Of a DNA stretch of 64,000 nt, positions 54,354-64,000 are shown piece by piece. The position numbers were made by a program, and so were the translations under genes. Each line of letters starts with the position of its first letter. Position 1 is the stretch's first letter. Source of the DNA: an uncultured delta proteobacterium (lineage in GTDB: Bacteria; Desulfobacterota; Binatia; UBA9968); assembly GCA_963745835.1 (NCBI GenBank), contig CAVUZH010000003.1, forward strand, positions 800,001 through 864,000, read 5' to 3'. The notes below the pieces were generated by a model, which had not been told where the DNA came from, did no database searches, and saw only the letters and a list, made by a program, of their open reading frames with translations.

Positions 54354-55343
54354 ATGAATGCAGAGCGAATTCTAGTCACCGGAGCATCCGGTTTTACTGG
54401 AGGTCACCTTTGTCGTCGGCTTGCTGAGGCGGGTTACCGTGTTCGAGGTTTGGTCCGAGACCCGGCGCGTTGTGCGACGCTCGTCGATCGAGGTGTGGAA
54501 ATAGTTTCGGGCGATCTTCGGGACGCCGATTCTCTACACAGAGCTGTAAAGGGAATTGACGTCGTATATCATGTAGCCGCTGTTTACCGCCAGGCGAACA
54601 TCTCGAGAAGGGAGATGTGGGAGGTCAACGTCCACGGTACCAAATATCTTCTCGACGCATCCGTGCAAAGCGGCGTCAAACGATTCGTGCATTGTAGCAG
54701 TATGGGCGTACATGGGACGATCAAAAACCCGCCTGGTAATGAGGAGACTCCCTATGGGCCGGGAGACGAGTACCAGGAGTCCAAGGTAGCGGCTGAACGC
54801 CTGGTACGGCAATACATGGACAAAAACCGCATCCAAGCGGTCGTATTCAGGCCTGCGGGAATTTATGGTCCGGGAGATTTGAGGTTTCTCAAACTCTTCA
54901 GGGCGATCAAAAAAGGACGTTTCGTGATGTTGGGATCGGGCCGAGTGAATTATCACATGATCTACATCGACGACCTGATTGAGGGAATTCTCCTCTGTGG
55001 CACGGACGAAAGAAGTGTCGGCGGCATTTACATTTTAGGCAACGAGTTGCCGGTAACATTAAATCAGCTCATAAAGGTGATTGCGGCCACACTGGGCGTT
55101 CGACGTTCCAGACTGCGTTTCCCTGTAGCGCCGGTTTATATCGCCGGTATTCTGTGTGAGCTGGTCTGTAAGCCTTTAGGCATTAACCCTCCTTTGTACC
55201 GACGGCGAGTCGATTTTTTCAGAAAGAATCGAGCTTTCGACGTCTCCAAGGCGAAAAAGGAGCTAGGTTTTCGAGCCAAGACCAACCTTGAAACGGGAAT
55301 TGCATTAACTGCGGGTTGGTATCAAGCAGAAGGCCTGCTCTGA
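54354..55343 (+). CDS. NAD-dependent epimerase/dehydratase (paralog of the first gene)
   Basis: LVTGASGFTGG, YQESK, RPAGIYGPGD and PPLYRRRVDFF. Confidence 0.93.
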   Translation: MNAERILVTGASGFTGGHLCRRLAEAGYRVRGLVRDPARCATLVDRGVEIVSGDLRDADSLHRAVKGIDVVYHVAAVYRQANISRREMWEVNVHGTKYLLDASVQSGVKRFVHCSSMGVHGTIKNPPGNEETPYGPGDEYQESKVAAERLVRQYMDKNRIQAVVFRPAGIYGPGDLRFLKLFRAIKKGRFVMLGSGRVNYHMIYIDDLIEGILLCGTDERSVGGIYILGNELPVTLNQLIKVIAATLGVRRSRLRFPVAPVYIAGILCELVCKPLGINPPLYRRRVDFFRKNRAFDVSKAKKELGFRAKTNLETGIALTAGWYQAEGLL

Positions 55344-55376
55344 CTCTGATCAACATTTTCAGAGTTCCCACCACCG

Positions 55377-56935
55377 ATGCGTGCAATCATTTCTCTGCCC
55401 ACAGCAGTCTTAACAGTTGCGTTCTTGTCATGGAGTCATGTGTCGTTCTCTGATTACGCCCCACCGGTGCATGGGATACGGAAAAGAAGCAACAATCGGC
55501 TGAATGTAGATCCGGCGCGGCGATTATAAGCGTAAGATCGACTTAGTTTATCGTCCGATTGAAGGAGAGCACATAAAGACACCGCTGAATCAACGGACGC
55601 CGACACCGCCAGGTTGGGAAGCATATGATGGCTCAGTTTATACGCCCGAGCGCGGCTACGGTTGGTTAACAAACCTCCTTGGAGAGGGAAGAGATCGTGG
55701 CACTCGAGGAATCGTCGTACTCACCGACGGAAGAAGAACCTCGCCGGAGAAACTACGAAGACCGGAGCTGGCAAATTTTCAGGGACGTCACGGAGAAAAT
55801 CGTCTCCTAGTTTTCCGCATAGATTTGCCGGATGGCTGGTACCGTGTTTCCTGTGCCTCGGTTGATCCATCTTCGTCAAGCGGCAAACCGCTGGTCGATC
55901 GTCGCAGTTTCAAATGCCGGGCCCATGATGCGGTCTTTGCCGGCGCGAAATACGGCGCGCCGACGGTGGTAGGTGGACGACAGCTGGTGGAAGGCTCAGG
56001 CATCGTCGAGGTGACTGACGGTCACCTTCGCGTTGTTGTAGGAGATCCCTCGTATCCTGGCTGGACCTGGAGCCATGCGGGCCGGTGGTATGCGGATTTA
56101 CAGCATTGGTGGAGACTTGAATATGGTTACGCCAATAACTTGCTTCAAAGGCTTACTCGTACCGTCGACCCCGGCTTCCACACTTTAGGTTTAAACTCTC
56201 TGGAAGTGGAGCGTGTCCGTGCGCCACTAGGCCGGCCGGCTGTGGTGTTTTTCGATTTCTTCAACCGGGACGATAGTTCCGACGTGAATGCCGGCGTCGC
56301 TACAACCAGACATTGGCTCTCTGCCAAACCACATCCACGCTTTCCTGATGCGCTTCGCGCTGATTTGGAAAACACGGCTATCAAAGTTACCGGTCCAAAC
56401 CAGGGACTCAATGTGAAAACATTGTTGCAGTCACAGGTAAGCCCGGGACGAGGGATCATCCGTTATTCAACTCGTGTGAGTCTATTTACCGGAGAAGGAA
56501 GTCAAGTCCGTTCCGGAACTCAAGAGGCGGGCATTGTCTTATTGGCAGATCCTTCGGAACCGAGCGAGTTCAATTCCACATTTATCGGCGTCCGGTTCGA
56601 TAGCAGCCGGTCGGAGACGATGGGTTGGCTAGTCTATCGGGTGGGCAACGGCCGCGACGGATTCCGCACGCAAACCGAGGTTGCCGATACCGCTCTACCT
56701 TTCAAGATAATCGAGGGAGAGTATGAAATTATCGTCGAACATGATCTGGCAAAGAACGTCGTTGACACGAGTTAAGGTCAATGGCGTCGATGTTGCCGAT
56801 CGATGGTCTCTTCAGGATCGGCGCCAGAAAGTTTCGCGCGGACGATTCGGCGTCCGTAGCGCAATTCATAACACCAATCCACGTGTGAATCTGCAACAAT
56901 TCTACTGGTACTATCGTGTGGAGCAGCTAGCTTAA
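55377..56935 (+). CDS. Hypothetical, probably secreted beta-rich protein; frameshifted or garbled 5' part
   Basis: Signal-peptide-like MRAIISLPTAVLTVAFLSWS at 55377; main ORF 55825..56775 preceded in frame by FRID(L)PDGWYRV; C-terminus in ORF 56723..56935. Confidence 0.55.
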
Positions 56936-56947
56936 GAATCACCGACA

Positions 56948-58739
56948 ATGAAAATTTTGGGAATTGCCGACGGACTGAACTCCGGCGCCGCGTTGATCGA
57001 GAACGGACAAGTCCTATATGCGGTTAATGAAGAGCGTCTGATCCGGGCAAAAATGGCCACCGGATTTCCCAGAGAATCGATCTGTAAGGTTCTTGAGGAT
57101 ACCCATACTAGGCCGGAGGACATCGACGTCATCGCCGTCGCCATGGTGAATGATTACTTCAGAGAAAAAGCCGTGCCGTTCGAGGGATGGTTTGTACGCG
57201 ACCAGGCGCCGCTGAAAGAGACGCTGCTCAGCGCTTCATCGCATATCACCAAGTTGTTTGGGGCAAGACCGATCCTGCAGAAGTCGTACTATGGGCTCAA
57301 GTATCAAATCGGCAAGGCGCGCCGGAAGGCGATTAAGGACATACTGGCGCGCGATTGGGGCCTCAACTGCTCCCGTCAAGTTTATCGATCACCATTTCGC
57401 CCATGCTTGTTCGGCATATTTCACGGCCGGATTGGATGAGGCGACGGTCATTACGATGGACGGGGCCGGCGACAATTCATCATCGCACGTCTATCAAGTT
57501 AAAAATGGCCATTTCCGAAAATTGTGGAACGTCGACAGCTTCAATTCGATCGGCAACTACTACGGTTACATCACTCATATTTGCGGATTCAAAGCCCACA
57601 AACACGAAGGAAAAATTACCGGATTGGCGGCGTACGGCGAACCCGTTTATGCCGAAATTCTAAAACGATTCATTGCCTATCAGGACGGCAGCATCGTCAA
57701 CCAAGGCCAGGTTTTTTACTGGGCGGCGGTGCAAGCGATCGAGCGAGCTCTGCCGCCGTCGTTCAAGCGCGAAGACCTGGCAGCGAGCATGCAGCAGGTG
57801 CTCGAGGATGTAGGCTGCGCCTATATTCGGCACTGGACGGAAAAAACCGGATGCGCTGATTTGGCGCTTGCGGGAGGAGTCTTTGCGAACGTCAAGCTCA
57901 ACCAGCGCATCCACGAATTGAACGAGGTCCGCTCGTTGTTTATTCATCCCGGCATGGGTGATGAAGGATTGGCCGTGGGTGCGGCCTTCGCGGTCAACGC
58001 TGCACTCGACGAAGGCCCCGGCAATGGAGTTGCGGCGTCGCGACTGGCGGACGTGTACTTCGGTCCCAGCTTTGGCGACAGGGAAATAGAGTCCGCCATC
58101 TCCGAACAGGGGCTGCAGGCCGAATACGTTCCGGACATCGAGCAAAGGATTGCGGAACTTCTGGCCCAAGGACAGGTGGTGGCGAACTTCGATGGGCGTA
58201 TGGAATACGGTCCAAGGGCGCTCGGCAATAGATCGATCCTCTACCAGACGACCGACCGCAGTGTTAATGATTGGCTCAACAAGCGGCTCAAGCGGACGGA
58301 ATTCATGCCGTTTGCGCCTGTGACTTTGGCCGAGTTTGCCGATCAGTGCTATGAGAATCTGGACGGCGCCAGGTACTCGTCGCAGTTCATGACTATTACG
58401 CTTAACTGCACGGACTGGATGAGGAAGCACAGTCCGGCCGTCGTTCATGTGGATGGCACGGCCCGGCCACAGCTCATCGAAAAGGCCAGCAACCCACGCT
58501 ATCACAAGATTCTGCATGAATATTTTAAGCTGACGGGCCTTCCCAGCCTGATCAACACGAGTTTCAACCTGCATGAGGAGCCAATCGTCTGCAGTCCGTC
58601 GGATGCTCTGCGCGCGTTCCAGGACGGCGGGCTGAATTATTTGGCGCTCGGCAACTATCTGCTCAAGCATCCCCGGCTCTCGACTTATAACGGTTGTGAG
58701 AAGAAGCGCTCACTGGCCGAAGGTAACCATGCTGGTTAA
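56948..58739 (+). CDS. NodU/CmcH-family O-carbamoyltransferase #2, frameshift near 57370
   Basis: MKILGI...EERL.R.K, HHFAHACSAY, EGKITGLAAYG, GGVFANVKLN, GPRALGNRSIL, VHVDGTAR and NTSFN. Confidence 0.93.
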
Positions 58740-59727
58740 AAGAGCTAAAACATCGGCGTTTTTTTATTTGCGACTAGCATTTGGCGCACTTCTACTTTTG
58801 TTTTTATTCAGGCTGGTCGAGTTTGATCGTTTAGCTTTGACCTTATCAACGGTCAAACCCCAGCTTCTCGTTGCCGCCTTTCTAGCGATGCTCCTCAACT
58901 ATGGCGTGAAAACCTATCGATGGGCATCGATACTGCGGTTCCAACGGCCGGATCTCTCATTCGGTCAGGTGGCTCGTTTTAATTTCGTCAGCGTTTTCCT
59001 CGGCAATTTTTTGCCCAGCAACTTGTCATCGGACATCGTCAGGATCTATTACATCTCCCGTCACACCGCTGCCCCGGGAGTCGCCATTTCGTCGATCTTT
59101 GCCGACCGAATTATCGGAAACTTTGCCGTTGCTCTTGCCACGGTGGCTGCTTTTCTGGCGCTTCGACAGAGCGGCGTCTTCCAAATCGGCTTGGTGCTTT
59201 CCTACGGCATCGTTGCATTTTTGTTGTTGAGCATTGCGGTTCCCCTGATGTTGCAACGTCCGTTAATCATGAACTTGACAAAAAACTTAGTGGAACGGTT
59301 CACCAGCCAAAAACTGTTCACAAAACTCCAGGATACCTCACGACACCTGTTTCTCTACAGGAACCAAACGGCGCTGGTGTCCCAAGTGCTGGGGCTGGCA
59401 TTCTTAAACGTGATTATCACGATTTTTGAATTCTACTTCATCGCTCAAAGTTTCTCGGCGCAGATTTCGATCGGGTACTTTTTTTTATTTATCCCGCTGC
59501 TGATCTATCTTTCCATGCTTCCGGTTTCTGTAGGTGGCATTGGCTTGATTGAAGCCGGCTTGGTACTTTTCTTTTCAACAGTCGGCATGCCGCTGGAAAC
59601 ATGCCTCAGCACCGCTCTCGCGTTCAGAGTCTTGCAACTCGGGTGTGCTTTGCCGGGAGCGATGATCTACTTGCTTGGTGATCTTTCTTCCCCGAAGTAT
59701 CGGCAAGATGCTGAAAGTTTGCAGTAG
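58729..59727 (+). CDS. UPF0104 / LPG-synthase TM family protein (flippase-like) #4
   Basis: KTYRW, NFLPSNLSSDIVR, FADR and PVSVGGIGLIE motifs. Confidence 0.88.
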   Translation: MLVKRAKTSAFFYLRLAFGALLLLFLFRLVEFDRLALTLSTVKPQLLVAAFLAMLLNYGVKTYRWASILRFQRPDLSFGQVARFNFVSVFLGNFLPSNLSSDIVRIYYISRHTAAPGVAISSIFADRIIGNFAVALATVAAFLALRQSGVFQIGLVLSYGIVAFLLLSIAVPLMLQRPLIMNLTKNLVERFTSQKLFTKLQDTSRHLFLYRNQTALVSQVLGLAFLNVIITIFEFYFIAQSFSAQISIGYFFLFIPLLIYLSMLPVSVGGIGLIEAGLVLFFSTVGMPLETCLSTALAFRVLQLGCALPGAMIYLLGDLSSPKYRQDAESLQ

Positions 59728-60931
59728 ATCGAGCTTGAACTCCCAGCGAAGAAAATTGCTCTACTTAGCCGTCTGTGATCCGGATTTGCCGGTTACAGGA
59801 GCGACGGTGCGAATGGGAGCGTTTGTTTCGCACCTAGCGCAATTCTATGATGTTACTCTGATAAACATGGCGGGCTCCGGCCATCAAGTGGACCGTCAAA
59901 TTGAACAGCGCTTTCAGGATCGGCATAACCGCTTGGGTGTTATCCGGCGCGCCCGAGTTGAATTCTCCCAAGCCGGCTACTTTCTTTTCAGTCCGACCCT
60001 CTATAGGACGGCCGATAAGTTTCTGAAAAAAGAACGGTTTGACTACCTGCTGGCGGATTATGGGCTGGCAGGGGCTTACGGAATGCGGCTAGCGCGGCGT
60101 CATCGCATCCCACTGATCTACAGCTCTCATAACGTTGAGTATCGGATGTATCTTGAGCTGAGCAAACACGATCCGCGCCGGGAAGTGCTGGCGCCGTACA
60201 TCTACTGGGCGGAGCGCGCCGCCTGCCGCGCGGCGAAATTAGTCGTCACTATTTCAGAAAACGATCGCAACCAATACTCTAGGTGGATTTCGCACGAACG
60301 GATCGAAGTAATCCCGCAAGGTTTCGACCCCAAGTCGGCGAATTCCTCTTATGTTGCTCCCGCCGAAGCGCCGCCGGTGATCTTGTTTGTCGGAAACTTT
60401 CGAAGTGAAAACAATCGAATCGCCGCGCGACGCATAGTAAGGGAAATCGCGCCCGCAGTTCTGCAGGCGCGAAACGACGCGAAATTCCAGTTGATCGGCG
60501 CCGATCCGCCGGTCGACCTGCGAGGACCGAATGTTGATTGCTTGGGGTTCGTGGATGATCTCGGGCCTTATCTTAAGCGGGCCAATCTGGTGCTTGCGCC
60601 AATGGCCTTTGCTCATGGCATGGCCACGAAAATCGTCACGGCAATGGCATTTGGCAAAACGATTCTAGCCACCCCTGAAGGGGCGGGGGCGATTTCGCGC
60701 AAGTACCGCCAACTCGTGGTGGCGCCGCTCGAAGCCTTTCCGGCCAGAATCGTCGAGCTGCTGGCAACCCGGCCGGCGATTGATCGCGGGCAATTCACCG
60801 CGCTCTGTGAAGAGTTTTCTTGGTCCAGTTTGATTGCCCGTCTGCACCGCAGAATCGAAGAATGCTGTGTCTTACCGGCTGCCGGGGAAGCTGTGAAAGC
60901 GAAGGTTTGCGGAGGAACGCCATGGCAATGA
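59708..60931 (+). CDS. GT4-like glycosyltransferase
   Basis: SSHNVEY, ILFVGNF, GFVDDL and GMATKIVTAMAFGK (GT-B C-terminal motif variant). Confidence 0.85.
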   Translation: MLKVCSRSSLNSQRRKLLYLAVCDPDLPVTGATVRMGAFVSHLAQFYDVTLINMAGSGHQVDRQIEQRFQDRHNRLGVIRRARVEFSQAGYFLFSPTLYRTADKFLKKERFDYLLADYGLAGAYGMRLARRHRIPLIYSSHNVEYRMYLELSKHDPRREVLAPYIYWAERAACRAAKLVVTISENDRNQYSRWISHERIEVIPQGFDPKSANSSYVAPAEAPPVILFVGNFRSENNRIAARRIVREIAPAVLQARNDAKFQLIGADPPVDLRGPNVDCLGFVDDLGPYLKRANLVLAPMAFAHGMATKIVTAMAFGKTILATPEGAGAISRKYRQLVVAPLEAFPARIVELLATRPAIDRGQFTALCEEFSWSSLIARLHRRIEECCVLPAAGEAVKAKVCGGTPWQ

Positions 60932-62100
60932 CACTCCGAGAGGTCGCCGGAGAAATACCTTCGGTCTTTCGAGACTTATACGAAAATCACCTCACTAAAC
61001 ATTTCAAGGTGATCGCTCCGACGGTGCTGCACGTTAATGTGAACCTGCGCTGTAACACACAATGCGCCATGTGCAACATATGGGAGATCAAATCGCCGCA
61101 TAGCTTGAGCCTTGCGCAGTTCGAAACGATTTTTTCCGATCCCATTTACGCCCGCATCGAATACGTCATTCTGGCCGGCGGCGAGCCCACCCTGCGCGAT
61201 GATCTGCCCGAGATCGTCGAGCTGATGCACCGGCACATGCCGCGGCTGAAGAAACTCATGATTCCCTCGAACGTAATCAACCGCCAAAGCGTCAAGCGGC
61301 AATACCCGAGGATGGCCCGTTATTGCGCGGCTCATAAGATTCGCCTGACGTTGGCCGTATCGTTGGACGGCATCGGTGAAACGCACGACAAAATCCGCGG
61401 CGTAAAAAAAGCTTATGATAAGGTGATGCAGAGTATTGCGTTCTTGAAAGAACTACAAAAACAAACGCCCTTCAACCTGAGTCTCGATCCAACGATTTTT
61501 TCGATGAACGTGCATGAGATGCAAGACCTCAAGAATTTGGCGGAACGGCTCAATCTGCCGATCACGTTTCAGATCGCTGCGACGGCGGATGAGTACTATC
61601 ATAACGCCGATATGGATCAGGTGCTGAGCGTCAATAACGAAGGCCGCATGACGATGGTGAACTTTTTAAAACAGCAGGTGGCGCAATCGTCGCTGTTCGA
61701 TGCTTTGGCCTATTACTATGCAGAAGTTGTGGAAAACCTGCAGGGAGCGCCGACGCGGGGCCTGCCGTGCCCATTTACTGATCAAGGGCTGTTACTGAAT
61801 CCCGACGCGTCTTTGCAGTACTGCCACAACAGTCGGCCGATCGGCAACGCGTTAGCCACGGCTTCGACGGCTCTCTACCACGCGCCCGAAAACATTGCTT
61901 ATCGCGCTACCGTGCGCAAAGAGATTTGTCCCACCTGTCGCATGTCTTGCATGTTTTTCGTTAGCTTGCGCAAGGAAGGATTCTCCTTCCTTGCTTTCAT
62001 CGCAAAGCGGCTTTTCGGTGTCCACCGTTTGCATTGGCGCCGGGTAGGATCGGCCAAGGCAGCAATAGCAATCGGCAGGAGAAATGAAGCTACCCCATGA
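60922..62100 (+). CDS. Radical SAM protein with a SPASM/twitch-like C-terminus
   Basis: CNTQCAMC (CxxxCxxC), GGEPTLR and VSLDG...HDKIRG; C-terminal Cys residues (LPCP, YCH, CPTC..SC). Confidence 0.92.
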   Translation: MAMTLREVAGEIPSVFRDLYENHLTKHFKVIAPTVLHVNVNLRCNTQCAMCNIWEIKSPHSLSLAQFETIFSDPIYARIEYVILAGGEPTLRDDLPEIVELMHRHMPRLKKLMIPSNVINRQSVKRQYPRMARYCAAHKIRLTLAVSLDGIGETHDKIRGVKKAYDKVMQSIAFLKELQKQTPFNLSLDPTIFSMNVHEMQDLKNLAERLNLPITFQIAATADEYYHNADMDQVLSVNNEGRMTMVNFLKQQVAQSSLFDALAYYYAEVVENLQGAPTRGLPCPFTDQGLLLNPDASLQYCHNSRPIGNALATASTALYHAPENIAYRATVRKEICPTCRMSCMFFVSLRKEGFSFLAFIAKRLFGVHRLHWRRVGSAKAAIAIGRRNEATP

Positions 62101-63470
62101 GTCTTGCTCCGACTCTTCGGATCTTCGGCAGAAACGTCGTACAGAACGGCGACGTTACGTTCTCATCATCTGCTACGACTTTCCCGAGATATCCGGCGCG
62201 GGAGTTATCCGAACCTATCAATTCGCCAAACTGCTGCCGGAATTTGGCTGGCACCCGGTTATTCTTACGGCGCAACCGTGCGGTATTCGAAGGTGGGAAG
62301 TTTCAGATGATATAGAGTTTTCCGACGGCGAATTGCCGTGCCCGAAGATCACCGCGACAGCGTGGAGATTTCCTCCGCCATATCTGATCCGTCGAGCGGC
62401 GCGAGAATTTCAAGATAAGCCGCCCTCCAACAAACCTAGCCTTTTCAGAAGTCGAGTCCAGCGGTTTGCATCGCAGTTGGCGGTGCCGGACGGAAAGATC
62501 GGCTGGCTGAATCCCGCTGTTAAACGGGGAGCGCAGATCGCCCGTCGACTATCCCTACCAAGCGTGTTTTTCAGTTTCGCCGCGGCCAACTGCGCATCTG
62601 GTGGCGTATCGTCTCGCGCGCCGCTTCAATATCCCCTGGGTGGCGGACTTCGCGCTGCCATGGAGCGACGCTTACTGGCTGGTAGGGCGACCGCGCATGA
62701 TCGAGCAGCTCGACCGCAAACTGGAAGGATTGATTGTTCGGTCCGCACAACACATTACCGTTGCCTATGCCGAGCTGGCGCGCAGCCTTTTGAGCCGTCA
62801 CGGCGGCGCCTTAGAAAAGAAGATCACGGTCATTCCGACGGGATTTCAGGAAGAGCTTTTTACCGGACAGACCCAAGTGGCCGCCAAATTTACGGTGGTT
62901 TATCCTGGAAACCATTTTTGCGAGCCCGGCCGCCACGGCGAATATTTTTTGCGAGCGATCGATAATTGGATCGCGAGCGATCCATCGCTGGCGCGAAAGG
63001 TCGAGTTTCTCTTCATCGGCAAGCGCGACGATGACCTGTTACGGCAACGAGCGGCGATGGCCCATCCAAAAGTCGTCCGGATCGAGCCGCTTGTTTCTCA
63101 CCGCGCGTGCATTCAGGCGATCCGGTCGTCGCACGCATGTCTTGTGAACACAGTCGGTAACCGCATTCCTGCAAAAGTCTATGAGTGCATGAGGGCAGGG
63201 AAATGGATCCTCGCATTGACCGAGCCAGCTTCAGATTTGGCAACGCTTATCCGTGACTACCCCAAAGGACTTTCGGTTCCGCCCCAAGACTTGTGTGGCA
63301 TCCGGCATGCGCTGCAAAGCATCTTGCAACAAAGCGCTTCAAATCAGTCTGAATCAATGGGAGTGGAGCCAATCGTGGACAGATATTCTTCCAGCCATAG
63401 CGCAGAGAGACTTTGTCATATTTTCAAAAGGCTATTAGCCACATCTTCGCAGGCACGGTCGAATTTCTGA
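62084..63470 (+). CDS. GT4-like glycosyltransferase, frameshift near 62560
   Basis: YDFPEISGAGVIR, VPDGKIGW, PWVADF..PW, VIPTGF and IPAKVYEC motifs. Confidence 0.85.
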
Positions 63471-63497
63471 ACGCAAGCGACACACGATAAGTAGCCG

Positions 63498-64000
63498 ATG
63501 TTGGTAGTCCTGCCGGTACTCTGCTTTGCTATTTTCTTTCTGACGTACGCGGCCCGTTCCGGCGAGCCCGGGCCTCTGACGCGCTGGCGTACGTCTTTTC
63601 TGTCGGCCGCTGTCACGTGGGGACTCGCGGTAACTGCCAGCACAGAGATGTTGAGTCTGTTCCAATTGATAACCTTCGGAGTGGATTGCGAGCTTTTGGA
63701 TTGGACTCTTTGTGTTGGCGGCTATCCTCTGTTGGTCAGTAAGCACCAGAGACAAGGCCCGATCTCTTTTTCAGTTTCCTCGCCATTCCCGGCTTTGATC
63801 TATGGTGTCTCGGTGGTGTCGCAAGCATCACTGTCGTAGCGGGTTTGGTGGCATACGTTGCGCCACCAAACAATGCCGACTCGATCTTCTACCATATGGC
63901 CCGTGTGGTGCATTGGATCCAGAATCAAACTGTTGCCCATTATCCGACGAACATCCCCTACCAGCTCGTTCTTCCCCCTTGGTCTGGGTTTGCGATTATG
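63498..64000 (+). CDS. Polytopic membrane protein, putative GT-C fold; frameshifted and 3'-truncated by the window edge
   Basis: Hydrophobic N-terminus; APPNNADSIFYHMARVVHWIQNQTVAHYPT resembles the DSLNYH loop of the gene at 8934. Confidence 0.6.

Noticed and set aside
57660-58670. 336-aa antisense ORF (also 26744..27418, 29352..29993 and + strand 33156..33884)
   Set aside because: These are shadow ORFs opposite well-supported genes and have no recognisable motifs.
1-64000. Mobile elements, tRNA/rRNA, ops/JUMPstart element, PEP-CTERM or exosortase genes
   Set aside because: No transposase or integrase motifs, RNA-gene signatures, ops sequence or PEP-CTERM tail were recognised by eye.

Overview
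The whole 64 kb window lies inside one very large surface-glycan (EPS/capsule/LPS-type) biosynthesis and decoration locus of about 50 genes. All but one gene are on the + strand. It has a Wzx/Wzy-like core (Wzx flippase, O-antigen ligase/polymerase-like protein, WecB/TagA, GT2s and GT4s) and nucleotide-sugar enzymes (rmlB-rmlA, DegT aminotransferase, three NAD epimerases, broken gmd copies). Its tailoring set is unusually rich: two AsnB amidotransferases, two NodU/CmcH carbamoyltransferases, an adenylation enzyme plus ACP with two hexapeptide acyltransferases, three methyltransferase domains, a radical SAM enzyme and a deacetylase. The most striking feature is a repeated module type: UPF0104 flippase-like protein, GT2, GT-C-fold membrane transferase, and optionally an FAD oxidoreductase or deacetylase. 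This points to several parallel lipid-carrier-dependent, extracytoplasmic glycosylation routes. The single minus-strand gene (32317-34303) encodes a secreted lyase-like protein with a discoidin-like C-terminus, behind a sigma-54 promoter motif. About 20 genes carry single-base frameshifts and 17.6-19.9 kb looks chimeric, so this is probably an unpolished long-read assembly. Product calls come from motif recognition only; no database searches were run.
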